From contig JBAZWB010000001.1 in NCBI GenBank assembly GCA_041660605.1, positions 201,295 through 265,294 on the forward strand: a stretch of 64,000 nucleotides of DNA, given 5' to 3'. The number at the start of each line of letters is the position of its first letter. Position 1 is the first letter of the stretch. A program made the translations under genes and the position numbers. Below are positions 38,658 to 47,500 of the stretch, piece by piece. The DNA comes from Patescibacteria group bacterium (GTDB lineage: Bacteria; Patescibacteriota; Patescibacteriia; UBA10025; JAHIVO01). The notes under the pieces were generated by a model that saw nothing but the letters and a program-made list of their open reading frames with translations, had not been told where the DNA came from and ran no database searches.

Positions 38658-39758
38658 ATGAAAAAGATTCTCAATAAAAAAAGTTTTTTTGCATCATTAG
38701 GCTGCTTAGTGCTGATCGTTACCGCTTTATTTTTATTTATGGCTCCCTCCAAAGCCCAGACTAAGCCGGGAATGATCCTGTATTTTGGCCAGGGATGTCC
38801 CCACTGCGCCGTTGTAGAGCAATATATCCAGGATAATAAACTTGACGATACCTTTTCCATCATTCGCAAAGAAGTATATTCCAATTCGCAAAATGCCCAG
38901 GAACTCACTCAATATTTTATAGAAAATAATGTGCCGTCCGAGCAACAAGGAGTTCCATTTGCCGTAATTAGCGGCCATTATTATGTCGGCGATGGACCAA
39001 TTATTTCCGCTCTGGAGAATCCATCTAATCAGATTACCCGGCCAGTGCCGACCAACACAAACGCAGCGCAGACACCAACGACAACGGAAAAACACCTGAA
39101 CTTTTTAATCGTTACCGGAGCGGCGTTGGTTGACGCGATTAACCCGTGCGAATTCGCTGTCTTGATAATACTTATGGCTACGGTACTGGCTGCCAGCCAT
39201 CGCCGACGCGCCTTACTGTCAGGTCTGTTGTTTTCGTTGGCTGTTTACATTTCATATTTAGCGATGGGGCTAGGTCTTTTTTCGGCTATTGCGGCTGTTG
39301 GCGTGACGTCTTGGATCCAGCGAGTAGCTGGCGGATTAGCCGTCGTACTTGGTCTGTTCAACCTCAAAGACGCCATTTGGTATGGCAAAGGATTTTTATT
39401 GGAAGTGCCTTTCAGTTGGCGACCGCGCATGAAAAGGCTGTTGCAATCCGTGACTAATCCATTCGCCGCGCTGTTGATTGGATTCGTGGTCAGCCTGTTC
39501 CTGCTGCCCTGCACCTCCGGACCGTACATCGTCATCGTTGGCATGCTGGGTAAGGAATCGACGTTCTCCCAGGCCTTGTGGTGGCTTATCTATTACAACC
39601 TCATTTTCATCCTGCCAATGTTAACAATAACTTTTGCTGTATTTTTTGGGTTTAAACCGGAATCCCTTGAGTCCATTCGGCAGAAACGCCTGCGACTGCT
39701 GCACGCTGTAGCGGGCATACTATTATTGGCTTTAGGCATTTACCTGGTCGTCTATTAA
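38658..39758 (+). CDS. Glutaredoxin-like domain fused to a CcdA/DsbD-type membrane domain
   Basis: Signal peptide; CPHC and GVP; DAINPC and LPCTSGPY membrane Cys pair. Confidence 0.85.
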   Translation: MKKILNKKSFFASLGCLVLIVTALFLFMAPSKAQTKPGMILYFGQGCPHCAVVEQYIQDNKLDDTFSIIRKEVYSNSQNAQELTQYFIENNVPSEQQGVPFAVISGHYYVGDGPIISALENPSNQITRPVPTNTNAAQTPTTTEKHLNFLIVTGAALVDAINPCEFAVLIILMATVLAASHRRRALLSGLLFSLAVYISYLAMGLGLFSAIAAVGVTSWIQRVAGGLAVVLGLFNLKDAIWYGKGFLLEVPFSWRPRMKRLLQSVTNPFAALLIGFVVSLFLLPCTSGPYIVIVGMLGKESTFSQALWWLIYYNLIFILPMLTITFAVFFGFKPESLESIRQKRLRLLHAVAGILLLALGIYLVVY

Positions 39759-39781
39759 ATAATAATTTAAATAAAAGAATT

Positions 39782-40150
39782 ATGGCTTGTTTCATCGCTC
39801 CGACAACCGCGGCAATTATTGTGACAGTTGCCAGGAAAAAAATTCCGCCTTATTATCACATTAAATGGCTTCTCGCCTTGCTCTGGGGCGGAGTAGCCTG
39901 GCTCATACCGGAACACATCTACCATGGAGAAGTAGTGTTCTATCCGCCTTTCTTTACCGCTGGTCTTCATGGAATAATCCCGGAAGTTCTTCAGGTTGGC
40001 ATTCCTATGACCATTGCCGTGATTATTGTCTGGCTGGTCTTGGTGGCTGCAGCAACTTTTTTCAAGGAAAAAAAATTCCAGCTGCGTTTTGTTCATCTTA
40101 TGGTCGTCGGAGCAGTGATTATGATTTTTGTAGATAAAATATTCGCATAA
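39782..40150 (+). CDS. Conserved hypothetical membrane protein
   Basis: MACF start, EHIYHGEV..YPPF.TA, four hydrophobic segments. Confidence 0.7.
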   Translation: MACFIAPTTAAIIVTVARKKIPPYYHIKWLLALLWGGVAWLIPEHIYHGEVVFYPPFFTAGLHGIIPEVLQVGIPMTIAVIIVWLVLVAAATFFKEKKFQLRFVHLMVVGAVIMIFVDKIFA

Positions 40151-40297
40151 TAACCCGCCAATCATATTGGGCAATGTATTTGATACTTATTCTTCCACCG
40201 GACTGGGCATCTAGTCCTTTTATTGATTTTTTTATGAAAGATATCAGCTTAAATAAGCGTATTGATGAGTGAAGTTAAGGCATTAATTCTAATAATT

Positions 40298-40657
40298 ATG
40301 AGGATAAGAAAGTTTCTAATTTTTCCCGCCGTTTTGGCAAGTCTTTTAATACCCGTGGCTGCCCTGGCTTTTGTTGATAACGACTTTAGCCGGCGTGGTA
40401 ATATGATGTCCGGCGGTTTTGACGGGGGGTGGTTGATGATGATATTATTCTGGATTTTATTGATCGGCGCTATTGCCCTGTCGGTAAAATGGATGTACGG
40501 CGCGGGTTCAATGAAAAAAGAGCAAATGGAGAAAAAGATGATTTCAGGCAAGATTTCGGATAAAGCCATGGATATTCTCAGGGAAAGATTTGCCCGTGGC
40601 GAGATAGGCGAGGAAGAATTTGAAAAAAGGAAAAACAAGCTGGCCAGCGGGCAGTAG
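40298..40657 (+). CDS. SHOCT domain membrane protein
   Basis: MM.G, TM helix, AMDILRERFARGEI.EEEF. Confidence 0.85.
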   Translation: MRIRKFLIFPAVLASLLIPVAALAFVDNDFSRRGNMMSGGFDGGWLMMILFWILLIGAIALSVKWMYGAGSMKKEQMEKKMISGKISDKAMDILRERFARGEIGEEEFEKRKNKLASGQ

Positions 40658-40852
40658 GCAAATATATTTTATAAAGTAAAAAATTTACCCATACTTTTAT
40701 AGTGGCGAGTGTTTTTAAATTATTATGAAGAACAGTCAAATAATAAATGAAAGTGACGTTAGCTTTTTAGCTAACTTTCGTATAAAATGAAAGGCAGGCG
40801 CGTATTTTTGCGTAGTAATGGACAACTGGCGTTTTAAAAGCTGTATAAATTT

Positions 40853-41842
40853 ATGAAACAATTGAGAGCAAAAATATTAAATATCAGAGCGATCAGCCCG
40901 ACGGCTGTTGAAATATCCATGGTCAGGGCCAATGGACGGAATTTTTTCGGATTCCTGCCCGGCCAGTACGCGACTCTGAGCTTTCCCGGGCACGACCGGC
41001 TGCGCGGGGAAAGGTCTTTTTCCATTACCAGCGCGCCTGAGGATCTCTCGACCTTGAGATTCGGCATCCGCATCTACGGGAGATATACCAGAGCCCTGCT
41101 AAATCTCCGGCCAGGCGACCCGGCTTTGGTAGCCGGCCCTTTCGGGCAATTCACTTTTGTCCCGGCCCGAGACGAGTCAGCCGTATTTCTCGCCGGCGGC
41201 ATCGGCATCACGCCTTTTCTCAGCATGATCCAGTCAGCTGCCAACCAGCGTTTGCCGAATAAACTTAATCTTTTTTACAGCGTAAAGACGTTGTCTGACG
41301 CTCCATATATCCAGGAACTGCAGGAGCTGGGAAAGATAAATCCTGCTTTACGCACTGTATTTGCGGTGAGCAATGACGAGGTGACCGGTAAGGACGGCAG
41401 TTTTGTGCGCGGGCGGATCAGCCGGGATCTGATCGCGGAAAAACTTGAGGGAGATTATCTCAACCGCACGTATTTCATCTGCGGCCCGCCGCCTTTTATG
41501 AAATCCATGAAAGAAATACTGGGTTCGCTGGGAGTGCCGTCTTTTGAATTAAAAAGCGAGCGCTTCGGCGTCGGTTCGTCCGCTTTTATAGAACGCGGCA
41601 CCCCGGTGCCGAAATATATTTTTGCCGCCTGGGGAGTGACGGCTATGATTCTGCTGGGCGTGGTTATCAGGGTGGAAAGCCTCAGGCGGGCTAATGCCCA
41701 GACCGCTAACACTGTCCCCTCAACACAGGTTAATACCAATGCCAGCCCTTCCATTTCAAACAATCAAAATAGTAACAGTACCAATATCCAGCAGACCTCG
41801 CCCGCGCCGGTCAGGCCTATTCCCCGCACAGCGGTTTCATAA
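40853..41842 (+). CDS. Ferredoxin-NADP reductase-like oxidoreductase with a C-terminal TM helix and low-complexity tail
   Basis: PGQY, RSFSITS, GPFG.F, AGGIGITP, FICGPPPFM, ERF; then a TM helix and an N/S/T tail ending PRTAVS. Confidence 0.88.
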   Translation: MKQLRAKILNIRAISPTAVEISMVRANGRNFFGFLPGQYATLSFPGHDRLRGERSFSITSAPEDLSTLRFGIRIYGRYTRALLNLRPGDPALVAGPFGQFTFVPARDESAVFLAGGIGITPFLSMIQSAANQRLPNKLNLFYSVKTLSDAPYIQELQELGKINPALRTVFAVSNDEVTGKDGSFVRGRISRDLIAEKLEGDYLNRTYFICGPPPFMKSMKEILGSLGVPSFELKSERFGVGSSAFIERGTPVPKYIFAAWGVTAMILLGVVIRVESLRRANAQTANTVPSTQVNTNASPSISNNQNSNSTNIQQTSPAPVRPIPRTAVS

Positions 41843-41859
41843 AAAATTTACTGTCAATT

Positions 41860-42810
41860 ATGCAAGAAAAAATCCAGACTTTTACCGGCAATTTTTTCGC
41901 CTTAAATACCACGATTGAGGGCGGTTTTCGGACTAAACAGGATTTAGCCAAGGATTTGTGGCGGCTGGTCAGCCGGGAGGTTAAAAAATTCGAACAAAGA
42001 TTCAGCCGTTTTCTGCCTGATTCGGAGCTGTCGCGCGTGAACAAAAATGCCGGCAAGAGAGTAAAGGTCAGCCGGGAATTTTTTGATTTGCTCAGAGCCG
42101 CCCAGCGCATCTGGTCGGCCACCAGCGGATTGATCGACCCGACCATCGGCCGCGCGCTGGCAGACGCCGGTTACGACGCCTCATTCGAGCTGCTGGAGAA
42201 AAAAAATCGGGTTAATAGATTGCCAGGCAGCTTCAAAGCTGTTACGCTGGCCGATTTGTCCGTTGATAAATCAGCCAGCACCGTTAAAATGCCGGAAGGC
42301 GTGAGCCTGGATTTCGGCGGCCTGGGAAAAGGCTATCTGCTTGATCAATTAGCCGGGAAGATAGAAAAAAGTACGGAAGATTACTGGTTGTCTCTCGGCG
42401 GCGATCTGATCATCTCCGGCACAGATGAGATGAATCAAGCCTGGCCGGTTAATGTCCAGAATCCGGCCGTGCCTGAACTAGATTTGTTCCAGCTACGGCC
42501 GGTCAGCGGCCGCTGGGGCATAGCCACCTCAGGCACCACGAAAAGACGCGGAGAAAGATCGGGAGTGCCGTGGCATCATATTATTAACCCGCGCACCGGC
42601 CGTCCGGCGGACACAGATTTATGCGCAGTAACGGTTCTGGCCGAGACAGCCCTGGAAGCGGACGCTTTTGCCAAGGTAGTATTGCTGCGCGGATCCCGTG
42701 ACGGCCTGAACTGGGCCAGGCATCAGCACCAGGTGGAGGCCTTAGCCATTACCAATGACGGCAAAGTGAAGGCTACGCAGCGCATGAAATCATATATTAT
42801 ACGTTTATGA
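41860..42810 (+). CDS. apbE: FAD:protein FMN transferase
   Basis: SRF.PDSELSRVN, DPTIG, LDFGGLGKG, LGGD, ATSG, HHIINPRTG, ADA. Confidence 0.92.
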   Translation: MQEKIQTFTGNFFALNTTIEGGFRTKQDLAKDLWRLVSREVKKFEQRFSRFLPDSELSRVNKNAGKRVKVSREFFDLLRAAQRIWSATSGLIDPTIGRALADAGYDASFELLEKKNRVNRLPGSFKAVTLADLSVDKSASTVKMPEGVSLDFGGLGKGYLLDQLAGKIEKSTEDYWLSLGGDLIISGTDEMNQAWPVNVQNPAVPELDLFQLRPVSGRWGIATSGTTKRRGERSGVPWHHIINPRTGRPADTDLCAVTVLAETALEADAFAKVVLLRGSRDGLNWARHQHQVEALAITNDGKVKATQRMKSYIIRL

Positions 42811-43580
42811 AATTAAAGATATTATTATTTGCAGGTTTATTGGCTTTGCTCTTGCCTTTGCATGCGCACGCGGCCTCCGTGCTGGCGGAAGAATCAGAGC
42901 GTGATGATTTTGAGCAGGAAGATGTTCAAGCGCCAATTCAGGCTGTTCCCCTGAATACGCAGAATAATGCCGTTAACGCACCCGGCAGTACAGTGAATTC
43001 AAATACCGCACCGGCGCCTGCCATATCCAGTTCCTTTCCCTGGGCTTGGACAGTTACGCGTTCTGCCGGTATCGCCTCATATTTATTACTGGGAATTTTA
43101 ACCATCTCCGGCATTTTATTGAGCACGGGTTTATTTTTCCGTATTTTTGATCCGGCTACCGCCTGGTCGATACATCGGGCGATCGCTTCGGTTCTGCTGG
43201 TGTCCGTTTTGCTTCATGTCGGCGCCCTGCTCTTTGACCATTTTATCGGCCTGCATATTTTGGACGTACTAGTGCCTTTTGTCTCTTCATACCGCCCGGC
43301 GCTGGTGGCTCTGGGCATAGCCGGTTTTTACTTATTATTGTTATTGCTGATCACCTCGCTATACACCATGACTAAGCATCCACGTTTTTGGAGGATTGTG
43401 CATTATTCGGGTTTTATAATGTTTTCTGCGATTTTTGTGCATGGCCTGCTGATCGGCACTGACATGAAGCTTGCCTGGATAAAAGCAATTTACTGGATTA
43501 TGGCTGTTCTGGTCTTGGCCGCCGTTATTTACCGTCTGTGGTGGAGACATCGCGGACCCCAGCTGGATATTGGCAATTAA
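42807..43580 (+). CDS. Ferric reductase-like (MsrQ-like) cytochrome b membrane protein with an N-terminal signal and linker
   Basis: W..TR..G, heme-ligand His in IHR, LLH, WRIVHY and VHG; GTD. Confidence 0.82.
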   Translation: MKLKILLFAGLLALLLPLHAHAASVLAEESERDDFEQEDVQAPIQAVPLNTQNNAVNAPGSTVNSNTAPAPAISSSFPWAWTVTRSAGIASYLLLGILTISGILLSTGLFFRIFDPATAWSIHRAIASVLLVSVLLHVGALLFDHFIGLHILDVLVPFVSSYRPALVALGIAGFYLLLLLLITSLYTMTKHPRFWRIVHYSGFIMFSAIFVHGLLIGTDMKLAWIKAIYWIMAVLVLAAVIYRLWWRHRGPQLDIGN

Positions 43581-43722
43581 TTAAAAAAAATATAACCAGC
43601 CGGCAGAAGGCTGTATAGTTTTTTTGTATTTCAAATATCTACCGGCTGCCTTGACAATCCAATCGGTTTGGATTTATAGTGTTTGTTAATGGTACCTTTT
43701 AACGCTTTTTGGAGGATGAAAA

Positions 43723-43965
43723 ATGTGCCATACCGAAGATCCAACCGCCAAAGAGGTGCTGGATAATAATCTTCATCAGATTGAAGAAGCGCTGGGTGAT
43801 GATAACCGTTATTTTGCCAATCAATACTATCAAGAGCATTTTAGTCGCAACACCGAAAATGATACGGAAGTGATTTTATACTACATAAATAACGGCGGAG
43901 CCAAGGGGCATCGTCAGCGTATGGAGGAGAGGTTATCTGCAGAACAACCGCCTACGGGCGAATGA
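43723..43965 (+). CDS. Hypothetical small acidic protein
   Basis: ggagg RBS, upstream TTGACA promoter, downstream hairpin with T run. Confidence 0.65.
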   Translation: MCHTEDPTAKEVLDNNLHQIEEALGDDNRYFANQYYQEHFSRNTENDTEVILYYINNGGAKGHRQRMEERLSAEQPPTGE

Positions 43966-44106
43966 CGGGGGAGCGAGAATTGAAGCCTGCTCTCCCCTTT
44001 TTTTATTCAAATTTTTTTAATGCCTGAAACTCATCAGCGAAGGGTTGCTTACTTCGGTTATTGGGTTTAAAATTGAGATGATGATTATTAATTAATATGC
44101 AATTTT

Positions 44107-44418
44107 ATGTTTTTCCGGCGACCGTTAAAAGCTACTCCAGCCAAGCATTATACTTATTTAATCGCGGCGACTATCCTGGGTGTTTTTTTAAGTTTGCTGG
44201 CGCATATAATTATTGAAACAAACTATTTGCGCTGGGCGCAGGATGCCGGCCGGAAAATCGTCTGGTACGGTGGCTGCTCGCTGCATCCCCTGATTCAGAT
44301 CGGCCTGCTGGTCGTCGGCGCGGCCGGCGGGTTCTTAATAGGGCGGCTGTGGTGGCGCTGGCTGTATATTGATCATCGGTGGGGGAAAAAGCCGGATAGT
44401 GACGTAAAGGGCAAATAG
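44107..44418 (+). CDS. Hypothetical membrane protein
   Basis: Two TM helices; G..WW...Y motif. Confidence 0.7.
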   Translation: MFFRRPLKATPAKHYTYLIAATILGVFLSLLAHIIIETNYLRWAQDAGRKIVWYGGCSLHPLIQIGLLVVGAAGGFLIGRLWWRWLYIDHRWGKKPDSDVKGK

Positions 44419-44586
44419 TGAAATTATTTATAATCACCCATCAGACAGCTTTACAAAATATTCAAGCGGCAAGCGAGGGCTTGCCGCAACCCGATTAGAA
44501 AACCAATACAAAAATTATTATGAGAATGTTTGATTTTTGGCAGATTATGAGCTAAAATTCATTTATAATAGGCTAAAATAAATAAC

Positions 44587-47500
44587 ATGAAAAAAACACT
44601 AATAATTGGCGTGGCCGCGGCAGTTGTGATTGCCGGCGGTATTTTTGCGGTGGTCTTCATCAATCAACCGGAGAAAACTCCGGTAAAAAACAACCGGACT
44701 GTGCCGGTTATTTATACCCAGGCAGACAATCAATTCACGCTGAAAGCGGACAAAGCCGATGCCCTGGGCGTGGAATCGGACAGCACTTTTACTCTCTCCA
44801 CCAAAGAGCCGGTGAGCGCAGATTTGATCAAGGGCAACCTGGCAGTTGAGCCGAAAATCGCCTATAAGGTGCAGTCGTCTGACAGCAATACTTTCAGCAT
44901 CACTCCTGAATCCGCGCTGGAAAAAAACACTGTTTATACTTTTTCCGTCGTGGCGCAAGCAGAAGGCGCGGCTACCAAGCGGGAATACCAGTGGGCTTAT
45001 CAGATTAAGGATAATTTTAAAATTACCGGCACCCTGCCCAGGGACAAAACCGCCAACATCCCTCAGAATACCGGGATTGAAATAATTTTTTCCCACGAAA
45101 ATTACACTGACTTTGAGAATTTCATTACTATCACCCCGCAAGTCAGCGGCAGATTTGAACAGCACCGCAAGACTTTAGCCTTCGTCCCGGATAGCCTGGC
45201 ACCCGGCACGCTTTATACTGTTTTGGTGAAGAAAGGCCTGCCTTTGTCCGGTAGCAGCGATACTCTGGCGGAGGACTACAGTTTTCAGTTTGAAACCGAC
45301 ACTCAGCAGGCTCCCCAGGGAGGCCTGTCGTTCAGCAAAGATTTTTTTGAATATCCCTCCAATGAAGCGCCGATCCTGACAATGCAGCAATATAGCGATA
45401 ATCCGGGTGAGGTGCAGGTGGAAGCTTTTAAATATCCAACCTTTGAAGCTTTTGCTGAAGCCGTGAAAAGCCTGGACGCAGTGCCGTATTGGGCTTATTA
45501 TGCCAGGCGCAACAGTTCTTATTCCACTGACGGTTTGATTTCAGCAGTTACCTTCCAGGCTGAGGTAAAGCAGTCGGATTACCAGCGATACATCGAATTT
45601 CCTGAACAGCTGAGCACTGGCCAATATTTAATCCAGATTACCAGGGATAATAATACCGCTCAGGCTTTTCTGCAGGTGGGCAATCTGACGGCCAGCTATC
45701 AGGGCGGCAAAGAAAATTCATTCATCTGGGCGCACAGCCTGGACACCCAGAAACCAGCGTCGGGTACGACTGTTTCCTTTTCGCACGATAGACAGTTCAC
45801 TGCCAAGACAGACAAGGAAGGCCTGGCGGAATTTGCCAGTCCCGCGTTAACTACTGACGAGAGCGAAGGCCTGACCAGCACTTATTATTTCACACTTGAT
45901 AATAACGGCGAAAAATTATTACTGCCGGTGGTAAATCACTATGGCACGTGGATGAGTTCAACTGCGTCAGAAGACTATTGGTCTTATTTATATACGAACC
46001 GGACGTTGTATTCGCCGACGGACAGCATTAAATTCTGGGGCGTTATTAAATCCCGCAGCGATAAACAGGAAGCCCAGGAGCTGCAGGTAAGGTTAGTCAG
46101 CTACGGGTATTATTATAATGAAGATTCAAATCCGATCATTGACCAGAAAACTCTGCCAGTTTCTTCATTTGGCACGTTTACCGGATCATTCGACTATGCC
46201 AACCTGAACCCTGGCGGTTATTCGATACAGGTTTTGGCCGGTGGAGAGGAAATCCTGAGCACCTGGGTGGATGTCGCCACCTACACCAAGCCGCCGTACA
46301 AGATTGAAGTAACGACGGAGAAGAAGGCGATTTTTGAAGGAGAGGATGCGGTCTTCAATATTAAATCAGCGTTTTTTGACGGCACTCCGGTGGCTAATCT
46401 GGACCTGGAATATACCGGCGCGCTCGGCAGCGGACAGGTAAAAACCGACGTTAACGGCCAGGCGCAGGTAACCTTGCAGTCAAGCTACACTAACGCCGGT
46501 TATTATCCGAATTATGCATATTTTTCCATTCATCCGGTCAAATCGGAGATCTCGGAAATAAGCACGGACGCGAACATTTACACTTTTGGGCCGCACTACG
46601 ACCTGCAATCCACCATAGACAATGACGGGCTGGTGTCCGGCAGCGTGCATCAGGTTGACCTGGCTTCCATCAATAAGGAAGGCGGAGACTTCAAATGGGA
46701 ATATCAGGGCGATCCGGTAGCCAATTTGAATCTGGGAATAAAAATTTACCGCGAGTATTACACCAAAACAGAAACCGGAACTTTTTATGATTTTATCAAT
46801 AAGAAAACCAATAAGACCTATAACTACGATTTCCATTCTGATTTTACCAAGGAGTCCACGGCTGTCAGTGATAAGGATGGCAAGTTCACTTACGATTTTA
46901 AAGCGGAGACTAATGATAACTATAAAATTGAAATTACCGCTACGGACGCTGAGGGGCGCCAGGCGAAGAGTTACGCGTATTATTACCAGGGACCGCGATT
47001 CTACGGCTATAATTCGGGGTATGATAATTATTATCTTATAACTTCGCAGGTAGCGGAGACGGAGAACCAGCCCGTGTATCAGCCGGGGCAGGATATTACC
47101 CTGAATTTCAACAAAAACGAAGAGCTTCTCGCCGGTGCAGACCAGAAAAATTTCGTTTATTTCAAGGCGCAGAAAAATTTCTTCGACATAGAAGTTTCCA
47201 AAAATCCGACAATAGAATTCAAATATAAGGATTCCTACGCGCCAAATATTTACGCCTATGGAATTTATTTTGACGGCCGCAGCTATCACCTGACCGATTC
47301 CCTGAACATGAAATACGACACCAGCCTGAAGAAATTAAATATTGACATTCAGCAGGATAAAAAGTTCTACCGTCCGGGCGAAAAGGTGACCATGAATTTA
47401 AATGTGACTGATAAAGATAAAAGACCAGTGCGGGCGGAAGTCAACATTTCCGCCATTGATGAAGCTTTGGCCGCCATTCAATGGGAAAATCCCATCAACA

